Assembly: GCA_047495785.1 (NCBI GenBank)
Contig: JBLDXI010000004.1
Location: 1-64,000 of the forward strand
Length of the DNA stretch: 64,000 nt
Reading direction: 5' to 3'
Origin: Lepidodermella squamata
Lineage: Eukaryota > Animalia > Gastrotricha
The notes under the pieces are model-generated. The model did no database searches. It saw only the letters and a program-made list of their open reading frames with translations, and was not told the DNA's origin. Position numbers and translations under genes: made by a program. Numbering within the stretch: the stretch's first letter is position 1; every line of letters begins with the position of its first letter. Of this stretch, positions 17,163-29,994 are shown one piece after another.

Positions 17163-18054
17163 TAATGATGCTGCCAAATTGAAAAATCTTGAAATTCTTG
17201 AAAATTAAAATAAAATGGTTAAAACTCGGTTTCTATTGGTAGTTATCGGTATTACCGGTTGTTTTAAATCAATCTACCGGTAGTTAATGAACCCTGCTCT
17301 GTGCGGGACCCGATTTCGGGAATATGTATGATTTAAAAAGATGTGTGATATACTGAATAAGAATTCAAATACAATCACTGGCTTGTTGGCATTTTGGTCA
17401 ACGGTCACTGTTTCACGTAGAATCCTTGGTATTGATGGGGATTTTCGACTGTTTTCAGCTTCGAATCCCGAATATTCAGATCAAATCTCGCCGTCAACTT
17501 GTTGATATATTTTTTTCATTTTAACCTAAACTGAACAAATTGTAATTGTTGAATCTTTGTTGGATATTGTTATTCTGATGTCGAACGGACCGAATTGACA
17601 TGACAATCTGCTACTATTATTTACTTCAAGCAAACATTTTTTTCTGAACTCTCAAACTTTGGATTTGTGCTCTTAAATAAATAAATAAAATGAATGAATA
17701 ATTAATGAAGGGAGCTCTCGAGCTGAGGCGTATCTGCTGTTCTTTGTACACTGTTTCTTAGCTGCGCAGTAACTTGGCAAATTTGGATATATGAATCAAC
17801 GCTAATGCAAGATCACCTTCGTTACCTAATGCGGATCAACAGTAACCACGAGAAAGCCATTTAATTCAATAAGTCAATTCATATTTATTAGCTGTAGTCC
17901 TATATATCCTTTTTCGATTTTTCAACAGTGAATAACTAGAGTATAATCACATTAAATACTGATATTTTAATTTAAACAGGAAAGAATTAACAGATTCAGT
18001 CATAGAGTCGAATCGATTGTATCGAAGAATCAGCTCAACAGTACTTCTCCCAGG

Positions 18055-21000
18055 TTAATTACCAACATATGTCTCGCAGAAGACATAAGGAGCTGTTTCG
18101 GTGCAATTCTGCAACGTTATCATGTACGTGCCATAATCATCATCGTATATCACGTCGGTGCAAAACTCGATAGGCGATGGATCAAAGTAGAGCATATCCT
18201 CGCTTTTAAAATCATGGTTTTCCGTCCCGTCTTCCCAGACCAGCTTATTGTCAGAACTTTTTACCAAGCCAAGCCATCCTTTGAAATCGGCAGCCTCAAT
18301 GCCATCCTGAGTAACTTTTTCATCGGTCTTTTGCTTTATTGTCGCCCTTTCGGCACTAGTTTTCGGCATAGCTATTTGGGCGTTGTTGCTAACACACAGT
18401 GCGACAGCCGCAGATCTCGTCATTTCACTTCCGCCAAGAATGAGAAAATCTTTAGAGGCTGCATCGCAAATTCCATTATCCCAAGACGACGGATACCGCG
18501 TTTCGCCATCCAAGCAGCGGCTGGTTCGACATGTCTCATCTTGATTTGACGCAACGCAGGTGTACAATCTGAAAAAACACGGGCGCATAAATGTTGCTGG
18601 AATCAAATCAGTGAATTGAAATGCTCAAAATTCCCATTTTTTAAATCGAACTCAACGCTATAAAATGGAAAGCCCACGTTGATTCAGAATTCGGAGATTT
18701 TCCAATGAATTTTCCTATTTCAGTTTGTAATTTCCACTTATTATCGCCGGACTAGTTTCCACTTCTTTCGAATTTCTTTTCAAGCTTTCAAGATTTCAGA
18801 TTCTAACTATTCTAACAAACGTAACTCGATAACTCACGGAGTTGCACAAACTTCGAACAAGTCGTAAGTTTTACCGCTGGAATCCAGTACCTATCGAACA
18901 ATTTCGAAGTCATACAAAGCGGTTTGTGATAATTTGTACTTTGAACCTACCGTGCCAGCTGGGCACGAAGCCCCTTGTGGAATGCAGACCGCGGCGAAAT
19001 TGGTCGCAGTATCAACACATCGTATATATGGTGACTGGGAGTAGAACAGATGGACAGTGAATGGGCGTTGATAAAATTGGGCGGATAGCTTACCGTAATA
19101 TTTGCCTTGCAATTAGCCACATTAACGGACTTTGGAGATTCCGAGTTACCGAACGTGCTGAGCTGAAATCTCAAATTGCAGAGTTCTGAATCATGAGAAA
19201 AATTCCTTACTTCGTATTTTCCATCTCCCGTCGGGCAGGTTTCAATACAGCTACCGCCTTTCAGCGAATCGAAGCACATTTTTACGCTCTGTTACATGGT
19301 AAAGCGAGGTAAAAAACGTTTCCCTTAAGATATTTAGAAATGCTTACCCCAGTTTCCACCTCGGCAACTTTCTCGCACATGGCGAATTTCGAAGTGCTAT
19401 TGCAAAGAACTGCATCGTAGGTGTACAGCTCGTAGTCATAATCCCAGGACATGACGACGCAAACATCGATTGGCAAAAAGTAAACGGAGTTCTTAATTAT
19501 AGCAATCACAATATCCGCTTTCCAATCAATATTCGAGAAATTGTAAGAAGTTCCATCGTCCCAAAAAAACGATCCATTGGCGTATCTTGTCAAAGCAACC
19601 CAAGCTGAGAAATCGCTCTTATTCATGCCGGTCTGCGAGACTTTCAGCGTGGTAACTTGCGCCTGCTTGTTAATATCGCCACCGATCTTCTGCATCGCCA
19701 GTTTGGCTCCGTTTGCTTCGCACAGCGCCGAAGCTTGGGTTCGGGTCAGGTCGGCCGATCCTCCGTAGATGAAAAACTGCCTCTCCGCGAGTTGGCACTT
19801 GTACAGAGCTGAGAACGAAACTGTGGCTGGGTTGCGGGTTTCAGTCGCTAAGCAACTGCCTGTTCGACAGTTGACGGATCCGTCCGAAGCTTCACATCGG
19901 ACGTAGCTGGATGAAACCGACAAAAATTACATATATAGTTTCGTAAAATGATTCAACCTACTCAGTGGCTGTGATTGTTGAGCAAGCTGTGAAATTGCCG
20001 TAGACAACACCATCGATGCTCGGAGTCTATAACGAATAATTAAGCTCTAAATTTGAAAATTACAAAAAGTTGTACCCACCGTATTTGCCGGGCAAGACTT
20101 CGATTGTGGGACGCAAATTGCAAGGGCGTTAGTCGAACTGTCCATGCATCTTTTGTGTTGTCCCTGTTGAAAACAAAGTGAAACCAGGAATAGAAGGTGG
20201 AGCTTGCTTTCTTACCTGGGCCAAAGCTTGGCAAGTGGCTTGATTATCGGATTTTGTAATTATTGCTGTGCCAATTGGTCCAAGCTAGAAAATACATCGA
20301 AATTGAAGTCGAAATTTAACATATTCTGTAATGTCTCACGTCGTATTTGCCGGCTCCTGTATCGCAATTGTCATTGCAACTTCCACCGCTTGATTTATCG
20401 TAGCACAATTTGATAGTCCTGCAATACACTTCAATTTTAATTTTTGAAAGAACGCATTATCATTGTGCTTGAGCTAAATAGTAGAGTTTATGGGAGCGCG
20501 CTGATTGGTCAATCGATCGATGAAACATTATGGTCGTACGATTAGGGTGGATTTCTTACCCATAAGTCGCTTGCTTCGCTAGACAGGTCGCGTAATTGCT
20601 CGTGAAGTCGGTTTTGTTGAAGAAAGTTGAGACCTATAGCACACGCGGTAGAGCCAAATCGGTAACAAAATCTAGGGTTCAGCGAATCAAGTTACCAGCG
20701 TGAGAGGAGACGGGCATTGGCTACGGCAAATCACTTCGCTCGACGTCGCACACAAGGCTGCTGGCTGCAAAATAACGAACCGTAATTCCATGAGAACTTT
20801 AACCAATTCGACTCACCCCAGCAAGGCAACGCGCTTTATTGGCAAACGTTTCCGGGCTGTAGTCCTAAAAATTCCAAAAAATGTGTCATTTTATTTTGAA
20901 AATTCGCCTTTATCACTCACTCTAGTCATGAGAGTAGTATTGCATTGCGTTGGCTGGCAGCCAACAAAGGAGCGATCACTTTTCAGGAAGCATCGCAGGT

Positions 21001-22081
21001 TTGTCGAAAAATCGCTGGTATTTCTGACGACTGAAAAAAGCTTCATAGAATGGGAATTGAAAAATATTATTCAATATTACTGTTCGCGGCAGTCATACAA
21101 GCCTGAGTGTCAACTTGCCAGTATGTCGCCAAAGTCTGCAGGGAAAAATAGAAAAAATATTGAGAAATATCGGCTATTATTTCATTCGTCTTATACCCAG
21201 TTGTTAGGGCAGGGGTTTTTTATTGCTGGGATGCAGACAGGCTGTCCGTTGTTATTGCATTGCGTGGCTGAGAATTTCTGAAAAAAACAATGACATTAGA
21301 ATGTTCTCTTTAGTTTCTTGAAAAAAAACTACCAGGAAATTTCGAATTTCCGTACGGCAGGTTAGGTACATTGGGCCGAACAAGGTGCCGACGTATCTTT
21401 TAATCTGAAATACATAGCACAATTAGTGAGAAAAGTATGAAAACATTGACAACTTCAAATTTAATAGAAATTTTAAAAAATTCCATCGATTGAATTTTGA
21501 TCATTTTTTTATAACAAAAAATCGCGATCTCCTAAAAGTATTATTTTCTATAATATTATCAAATTTATTTTATAAAATTTCCACTTTGTAAATAAACGCC
21601 AAGAACTTCAAGCTAAATTCCAACAAATAGCTTTTATCAAAAATGTGGATCAATATTCTCAAAATTAATTATTAAAAACTTATTTTTGACAAACCTCAAT
21701 TTCATCCGCAGTACAGCGAACATTACCGGGCAAGCATCGCATGCTGACGGTTTTGTAGTTGAAGCAACTTCGAGTCAACTGTGAAAAGAAATCAAACGCC
21801 AAAGAGCCAATCAGCCAAGGATTGTAATAAAAATTCAAACTCACGCCAGATCGGCATGCCGATAAGGTCGGTAATGCTCCTCCGAGCTGAAAAATAGGCA
21901 GAGTAGAAGCTTAGAATGGATGGACCGTAATAATGCCTACCTGGTACTCTGGAAGAGTCGAGCATTGGGCTTTACAGCCAGTGAATGCGTCGTTGGTCCG
22001 CGAGAAGCATCGCACGTACGAAGCAGCATCGGCTGCTTGTATCAGCACAACGATAAAGCCGATAAAAGTCAATGCTTTCAT
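18055..22081 (-). CDS. Secreted multi-exon protein: 4-Cys modules plus two C-type lectin-like domains (family copy A)
   Basis: Signal peptide MKALTFIGFIVVLIQAADAA then SYVRCFSRTNDAFTGCKAQC. Many short Cys-rich exons. CTLDs lie in ORFs 19282-19923 (AWVAL, WDDGT, FAMCE) and 18055-18606 (GWLGL, WEDGT, YVFCE), linked by GT-AG introns. Confidence 0.75.
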
Positions 22082-22993
22082 AGTTGTTAAATTGTGAATA
22101 ATTTTTAAATTTTTATCTGAAAAAATGAATGACAACACGACCATACTGGCCGATGCCGGGTTTTGATCGCGTGTTTAAGAGTTGTTTACTTCAATAAGCG
22201 CCAGCACGTGACTTTATTGCGAGAAAAATAACGATTCACACAGCTGGAAAATTAAGTTCAATCGCCCAAAATTATGGCGGCTAATTTCATCCAGGCTAAC
22301 TGTTCAATTTCATAAATAAATGAATAAATTTATGGACAATAAAAATTAACTTCAGCTACATTCCCAGTTTGATTTACTTCCACGGCTGAAATCATGTTAG
22401 CGAATTTCGATCGTAAACATTTTTCGAATAATTTTTTTTACACAGGCAATCACAATATTTGCTTTTCTCAGCTAATCATCAGATGCGGTGTTCTTCGGAG
22501 CAAATTAGTGACCAGTTACAACCAGAGCCAAACTTTTCTCATTCTGATTAGTTGGAAAATGTGTAGTTTCCGTGAAATCGGCGATTGTCAATTGTCAATA
22601 GAATCCTCCCTTTGAGCGCTCTCTCCTACCAGCGTTATTGAAGTTTCATTCGAGTTGACAATGACAATGACATGTCCGCAAAATGCCGTATTACATCAAT
22701 CAAAGAACACAGCATTGAAGCAGTCCTGATTTGCAGTGATCCGACACGGTCCAGCTCTTAGCCATGTCAAAGGCTTAGCCAGTTCTTAGCCTGATAAAAA
22801 CGAAAATCAGAGCTTTTCTCGCAGCATGAGGTTATGATAAGCAATGCTATATCGATCTTCGGTAGCCAAGGTATCAATAGCGCATATTTACAGATTGCGA
22901 ACTGGTACTGCTTGGTACTGGGCTGCTGAGGTGTCGCGACATCCCAGCTTCAAGATGTCAAGCGTTGGAAGGCTGGAAAAAAGATAGGGGTAA

Positions 22994-23403
22994 CCATTTC
23001 AAGAGTCTTTCAGGACGGTAAGATTTTTCATTTTGAGTCGAAAAATTCCGAGAAAAATACTATGATCTTATTGGATTTTTGCCCTATCCGAGGATATAAA
23101 ATTTGTCTATCCAAGAGCTACTCAGAATTTTTTTGAATTTCGCGAAATTTGCATTCGCTTGATAATATTTGAGCGAGCTAAAAATAGCTATAAAAAACCT
23201 AATAGCTATTTTTAGATTAGCAAGATCACGCAAAATCCCAATATTACAAGTCAAAAAATTTCGCGAAATTCGGAAAAAATTCTGATTCGCTCAAGTTTTA
23301 TATCCTCGGATAGGGCAAAAATCCAATAAGATCATAGTATTTTTATCGGAATTTTTCGACTTAAAATGAAAAATCTTACCGTCCTGAAAGACTCTTGAAA
23401 TGG
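22994..23403. repeat. Fold-back repeat / MITE (~110-bp near-perfect arms)
   Basis: CCATTTCAAGAGTCTTTCAGGACGG...GATATAAAA is mirrored at 23296-23403. Confidence 0.8.
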
Positions 23404-24458
23404 CGATTTTTCGTAAAAGTGACCAACTTTGAGATAATTTTAAAAAAGTTAGAAAAAAAACCGTCTCATGAGACGGGACTCATTTGATAGAGGAGCGCTT
23501 CTAGTATTCCGGAAAATTTGTTAGAAATTTTTGAGAAATGAAACATTTTCTCAGGGAATTTTAGAAAATATTTAAAAATCGGAAAAATTACTATGGGCGG
23601 ATAGGGCGATGAGTGAATAAAATTGAAGGTCGCGTGCCCACTTTTTCACGTTTTGGTGTGAATTTATTTGCTATAGGAAGATCGCTAGTTTCCGATCTGT
23701 ATAGAGTTGTCTATGGGGGGAACCTTTTGTTCAGGGTGCGCGAAGTACCGGAGGGTAAACTGAGGGTGGACCCTTTGGTCATAATATTTAGGCCTGAAAA
23801 TATCGCGGATCCTACTTTGGGCACTGTCTCAAATCCTGGAGCTGCCGCAGAGATGGAAAATCATTTTCTCCTGCTTACTTAAACCACCCGTGATTTCTAT
23901 CAAAAATGAGCAAAGCATGGAAGATTTTCCACTAAACCTCTCAAAATTGACGAAACTGCTCGGTGAAGATCTAGCCGTTTTTCAAGGTGGGATAATACTC
24001 TCCTTGAAAGTCACACACTGCTTTAATTTCTTCGGCTAGGGAATGGAATGGCTTGAGACTTCAGCTTCAGTATTATCCTACTTCGCACACTGGAATTCTT
24101 GACTGGGAATACGTCAAGTGAGTCGCTAATATCTCTCAAAAACTCACTATGTAAACACTGAGTATATCGCGACAGTCTGTCAGTCCATGAAAGGACATCA
24201 TGAAAAAATATGATAGTAGGAACGTGCTTTCTCAAGATGCAAGCATCATTCGATACCACCCTCTCAGCGACAGGCAGGTGGGCAAACAACGTAATGCCGA
24301 CCCCATCGGATTCGCGACACGGAATGATCCAGAGCGACAGTTAGCTCGGTTAGATCAGCTGCTCGTAGGCCGCCCAAAAAATAGCTATAAAATGGCATCA
24401 GCGAAAAGAGAGACACACCGATTCATTTTCGTATTATCCTATAATAACTTGGAACAGC

Positions 24459-26079
24459 ATGACTTCTGTCTCGTTCGCTCTTGCTCTGGCTGCTGTTGTA
24501 GGCTGTGTTGCTGCCTATGGCCCAGCTCAAAAGCCTATTCAACCTAAATCAGATGAAACCAGGTATACTTAGTTCTGAATTTGAAAAGCGAAAGCTCCAA
24601 ATTGATAATAGAAACCTCGAAATGATGGTGAAATTTGAAATTTCGGGCTGATAAGGAAAATTCCCAATTTTGATTGCATGAAGATTTTTCGACTTTGATA
24701 ATTGAGCCTGCATTCAATTTTATATTTTGAATTATTCTTTTATAATTTTCAATTCAAATTGTAAATTGTAAATTTGTTAGGGTGCCAACTTTCATACATA
24801 AATATGTACATAGCGCAGCCACTTTTTACCGAGGCCGAGAAAATCTCACAATAGAACCCGTAATTTGAATAATTGAACGCGAACGGATTTTTTGGCCAAT
24901 ATTTTTCATTTTGCAAGTAAAAAATATCGGCCTAAAAACTGTGTCTCATTAGGCGGTTAATTCGTTTGCTCTATTGTGCGATTTTCTCGGCTACGGTAAA
25001 AAGTGGCTGCGCTATGCTATGAAATTTCTAACTTTCATACATATTTATGTATGACAAAATTAACTTTCATACATATTTTTTTTCATTAAATTCAAGCTGA
25101 AAACATTAGGGAAATGCAAGATGACTAGTTTTCGGTTTATGAAAAAGAAAAACGGGGTTCCGAAAGCGTAGTCAATTTTTTCCGCATGAAAATGGTTATT
25201 GGGGAAGCACAAGGGCCCAAAAATGGAGCTTCGTAGAAACCCGAAACTCGAAATTTCCTAACCCTAACCTTAATCCTGAACCCCAACCAAACCTAAATCT
25301 AACCCTAACCCGAACCAGAACCCTGGCACCTAACCCTAACCCCTAACCCCAATTCCTAATCACAGTTTGGCTGAAAAACACGATTTTATGAAAAAAAATA
25401 TGTATGAAAGTTAATTTTGTCATACATAAATATGTATGAAAGTTAATTTTGTCATACATAAATATGTATGAAAGTTAATTTTGTCATACATAAATATGTA
25501 TGAAAGTGCACTTCGAATTTGTTATTTCATTGAAAATTTTGGTTTATATATTCAAATTGATGTTTACTTGATTTTCATTACCCGGTATACTTGGATTAAA
25601 TTCACTTTGATTGACTTGTAGATATAGAATAGTTTGACTTTCTTCATATTTAGCCAATTTCTCTGAGCGAAACCTATTCCTTACTCATTTTCAGCTGTCA
25701 TTACGTCGAAGGCGAGGTGAACACGTGCTACATCCAAGGCACTTTCATGTATGGCCGGTGTTGCAGCGATAACAAGTGCCGTTTCGGCTACGGCTACGGC
25801 GAGCAGTCGTGCCCTGAGGACGTTAAATGCAAAACCGACGGCGACTGCCCGGCCAACATGTGCTGCTCTGGGCTGGAACGCGAACGCGGCCACGTTTGCG
25901 TCGCTTCCAACAAATTTGTCTGCAAGTAAGAAATATTTTCATGTCTCACTCAATTCATGCATCGCTACTTTGTCGATAGGAGCTCTTGTATGGTTGACAG
26001 CGATTGCGATGCTGGTGTTCAATGCAAGGGAGCTGGCACTACGCCTGGCCGTTGCAACAAGCAGTTCACCGGCTTGTAA
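24459..26079 (+). CDS. Small secreted cysteine-rich protein (~135 aa, 3 exons)
   Basis: Exons read MTSVSFALALAAVVGCVAAYGPAQKPIQPKSDET|SCHYVEGEVNTCYIQGTFMYGRCCSDNKCRFGYGYGEQSCPEDVKCKTDGDCPANMCCSGLERERGHVCVASNKFVC|KSSCMVDSDCDAGVQCKGAGTTPGRCNKQFTGL*, with canonical splice sites. Confidence 0.8.
24780..25515. mobile_element. Non-autonomous Mutator-like insertion in intron 1 of the peptide gene, with a nested hairpin, a degenerate (CCCTAA)n tract and 31-bp tandem repeats
   Basis: 9-bp TSD AATTTGTTA (24771-24779 and 25516-25524). TIR core ACTTTCATACATA. Absent from the paralogous intron at ~56580. Confidence 0.75.
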
Positions 26080-26786
26080 AATGTCATGATTCACAGTTTT
26101 CAGGGATTCATCACAAATAATGGTTGAGGAAAAATCGCAAAGCAATAAATCAAAATCAGCATGCACATTCTTGACTTTCTTTTTTTTACTTGCTTCCAGT
26201 CTGCGAAGTACGGGTGGGTACGAGGGTACCATAAACCCCAAACAAACCACAGGGGAACCCTTTGGTCAGATAGATTCGGGACTGAATATTTTCGAGTTTT
26301 TTGAATCTGGTAATTTATGAAAATACGATCATTCAATTTCAGCCTTCCTGTTACTTTTTGATGAATTTTCATCAAGGCTGTTCGATTTCACGATCTGAAT
26401 TACCGCAGGTCACCCTATCATCCGTAAAACTATGTATTCTCGTGTTTGAAGTACAATTGATTAAAATTTGAAACATATCGGCAACAGATCGGCCATTTTG
26501 CTGCTGGAATTTTCAAGAACGAGTCGCAATCGGCGAAAAGAAATTGTACGAAAATCTCGGCTCATACCATGACTGGAGAAATAGGAGTGGTTACAACGAA
26601 TAGAAAATGATAAATACTTGCAATTTCGTGCCAAAAACCTGCCGCGTAAATTGATTCATCTTTTAATCTGGATGGAAATTTTTATCCCTATTTCCACATC
26701 GTAGGAGAGTAAAAACAATTCATGTTTTTCTAATATTGCCCACTAAAAAAAGTTTTTTTAAGCACACAATCTGATTCAATCTGATT

Positions 26787-27001
26787 CATTCAAAACATCG
26801 AAAACATCACGTGTTGACGTTTTTTGTAAGCATCATTTGATAAACAAGAAATACGTTATTCCCGGACATCACGGACTTACGCGGCGCCCTGACTGGTGGA
26901 AATTGGTGGAAAGTCCGTATTTCCGGGAATAACGTATTTCTTGTTTATCAAATGATGCTTACAAAAAACGTCAACACGTGATGTTTTCGATGTTTTGAAT
27001 G
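26787..27001. repeat. Perfect ~80-bp inverted repeat just upstream of lectin copy B
   Basis: CATTCAAAACATCG...TTCCCGGA is mirrored by TCCGGGAA...GTTTTGAATG. Confidence 0.85.
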
Positions 27002-27131
27002 AGTGGAGCGTCAGATTGAGCGCGCGTGCTTCGAAACACGCATCGCCATTTACACTTAATTCACTTTAATATCCATAAAACATTCATTTTCCTGATTTTA
27101 TTTACACCGTTTATTATAAAAATCGAATTAC

Positions 27132-29508
27132 ATGATTTCTTATAACTACGCTGTGGTGTTTCTGCTAATTTTGGTAAGCCATGCGGCTTTGGGCAAGCAG
27201 CCGGAAAACTGGGTCCGATGTTTCTCGAAGCCAAGCAACCGATTTACTAGCTGCGTTCCAGCTGCCACTGGCTGTGATCCACTCAAAGAATTTCAGGTTT
27301 GCGTCTCTTGAATTTGACACGATTTTGTTCATATTACATCTTTTCTTTGCCGATAGTGGGGTGGGGTTTTCCGAACAACTGGAGTCTGTAACACTGGAGT
27401 TTGTTGCTTCTCTTTTACATTTTCCTCAAGTATTTCGTTCTTTTTTTGCTTTAGAATGCCCGAATGTGTTACAAATACGCGGCTCTAACAGCTTTTTGCG
27501 TGCCTGGAAACATCGGGTGCAACAATCCTGGCGATATTAGTGTAAGCCTCGTTTCCTCCGTTGGGGCAAAATGGCCGCGGGAAAAATAATTACCCCCTGT
27601 TTTTTCGCATTTTTTACACGTTTCAGAGGGTCCTGATTCCGATTTTATAGGAAGCTCATTTTGCCCCAAGTTTGGGGCGAATTGGACAGATGTTTCGGGG
27701 CTAATTGGGTACCCTATCCGTATAATGGGTTTTTAATATTTGATGATTGTGAGGGTTGAATGGTCGAGTGGTTGTGATGCGTCATCGGAACTTGAGTGAT
27801 CTGATGAGCGACGGTTCGATTCCTCATAAAGTAGCATTTTTTGCTCCGCATTTTATTTTTGTATTTTTTTGTTTTAATTGCCTATTTTAATAGTTTTTAA
27901 TTAGTTTCTCCGTTTTTTCTGATAGTTTTACTGCTGAGCAAATTTTAAACGTCCCCCGAACAAAAAAATGCCCGGGATACGTGGTGTTAGTGGAACAATT
28001 AAAATGGAAAATTAACGAAAAAAAAATAAAAAAAAATAAATGCGGAGCAAAAAATGCTACTTTATGAGGAATCGAACCGTCGCTCATCAGATCACTCAAG
28101 TTCCGATGACGCATCACAACCACTCGACCATTCAACCCTCACAATCACTAAATATTGAAAACCCATTACAAGGATAAGGGTGGCCAATTAGCCCCTATCA
28201 TTGAGTTTTCCTTGGGGTAATTTGGCCACAATCACCTAGCCATACCTGTGCATCTCCTGGGGTCGCGGTTTCTTTTGCTGTCATCTACGACGAAAATGGT
28301 CGAAGGAAAAAATTTCCTGAACATCAAACCTCGTGGTGGCTCCAGGTAATTCAATTTAGAGGGGTCATTTTTACCTCCCAAACTCACCTCCGTGCAACAA
28401 CATGCTATGACCTCATTTCGGGACATACGTGGCTGGAAATTTGCAGGCTTGTAGGAGGCTTGTTGATGATCGTCCCCGTAAACATTTGTGAAGTTTTACC
28501 TTGTTGTTATTTGTTGCTATCGATAAAAATGTGAAAACCTCAATTTTTGGCCAATTAGCCCCAAAGGTTCATTCTGCCCCAAATGACGGTATCTAACATG
28601 AACTTGAAAGGCTTTAAAGAGTGTCTCTTTTTTACACTTTTAAAATTTTAAAATTTCGATAATTTTATACGTGAAATATTTGTGTTTCAATACTCATTAG
28701 ACCTTCTGGTTTGACAATCAGACATTGGCGCTAAGCTTGAAATACAACCTCAACGAATGTGAGAAGAAACGAGCTGTTTTCGATGTGAGAACTTCAATGA
28801 ACTTATTGTAATAGCAATGCAGTGTTCTTAATTTTAGAAATCGCAGTTCCGGCGTTGCACCTCTAACAACGTCTACAATCATGTGTTCCTCACCCTTTCT
28901 CTTGCCCCGAAAACTGGGTAGATTAGTTCGTATCATCTTGCTACGTTTTGTAATGGAAATTGTTCACTAATTGTATTTTTCCCACAGGTAACCGAATCGA
29001 CACTTTACTCTAATTTAACGGCTTGCACCAACGCCACATCTCCTCCTGTAAGTTCTGAGTAACGTGTAACTCAATTATCAAGTTTTTCTTTTTATCAAAC
29101 TAGCCTCCGAAAAATAAGTACGTGGTGGTGGATCTTGGCTATGCTTCTGGTAAGGGTGGTAACAAAACTGTAGCCGTCTCAAAATGCATCGAAAACAGTG
29201 CCACGATCGCCATTATCAAGTCGGACGCTGAGCTAGCTATGGCAAGACAAGCAGTGGAATCCAACAGTCATCGTTTGTATGCTTGGATCGGTCTCACTTA
29301 GCAAGGCGGAGTAGTTAAATGGGACGATGGCACTGATTTCACGTACATCGCGTCGCAGTGGCACTACTGGGACCCCCAATCGGCTTATTCTTGCCCTGGT
29401 CTAAAGTATTTTTACACATGGGACGGCGTCTCAATCGCCGATTACTACTATTTCGATATCTCAAGCTCTGATAAGTTTCTTTTCGCCTTATGCCAGACAT
29501 CACCGTGA
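27132..29508 (+). pseudogene. 4-Cys-module / C-type lectin family copy B (3 modules), premature stop in the CTLD
   Basis: Starts MISYNYAVVFLLILVSHAALGKQPENWVRCFSKPSNRFTSC. Exons are homologous to copies D, E and G. GGTCTCACT-TAG at 29299-29301 corresponds to GGTCTCACT-AAG in copy E. Confidence 0.75.
27558..28589. mobile_element. Intronic non-autonomous DNA element with an internal ~170-bp inverted repeat (27697-28195)
   Basis: Imperfect ends CCGTTGGGGCAAAATG / CATTCTGCCCCAAATGACGG-TA. Absent from the equivalent intron of copies D, E and G. Confidence 0.65.
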
Positions 29509-29994
29509 CTATTGTTCGCACTCTTCGTTTTGCGTAAAGAGAAAAACTGTTTCTTTGAAGGAAGAATTTTCTGATCCATGAATTATTTCAGTTTTCAGGT
29601 TGATATGCGTTAAAATAAAGCTAACTTATGAACATTTGATGAAGAAGGATCTAGGATCGAGGTGAGGAGTTTGCATGGGAAGTTTCAGCTCCGAATTTAT
29701 CCTGGGTTTCCTTGCGTATTGCCTGGACCTCCCGAAATAGGGGTGGCGGTACCCCAGTGCCCATCCGTACTTCGCACACCGCAACAAGTTGAAACATGGG
29801 AAGTTCCTGAAAACTGAATCTAAATTATGACAGTTTAAAAGCCAGTGAACTGCTTACCCCCGTACTTCGCACACTTACTGCTTATAAATAATACGATCAT
29901 TCAATCAATCAATGCCTCGTCGCCTGAAATGAATTCCAATTGCATCAATAACAGAAACAAAGTAATCATGCATTGTTCCTGATTTGCAGTGATC

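Larger units (their letters stand above)
13556..17296 (+). mobile_element. Complete hAT DNA transposon
   Basis: TIRs CAGGGTTCA.../...TGAACCCTG, perfect 8-bp TSD CTCTGTGC (13548-13555 and 17297-17304), ACCGGT-type subterminal repeats and an internal transposase. Confidence 0.95.

Noticed and set aside
20700-21281. 193-aa + strand ORF and similar short ORFs across the lectin genes
   Set aside because: Antisense or off-frame shadows of spliced exons.
25257-25360. True telomere or fusion site
   Set aside because: Short, degenerate and enclosed in a TSD-flanked insertion.
27750-27830. tRNA gene
   Set aside because: A and B boxes are present but I could not fold a canonical cloverleaf, and it lies within an inverted repeat.
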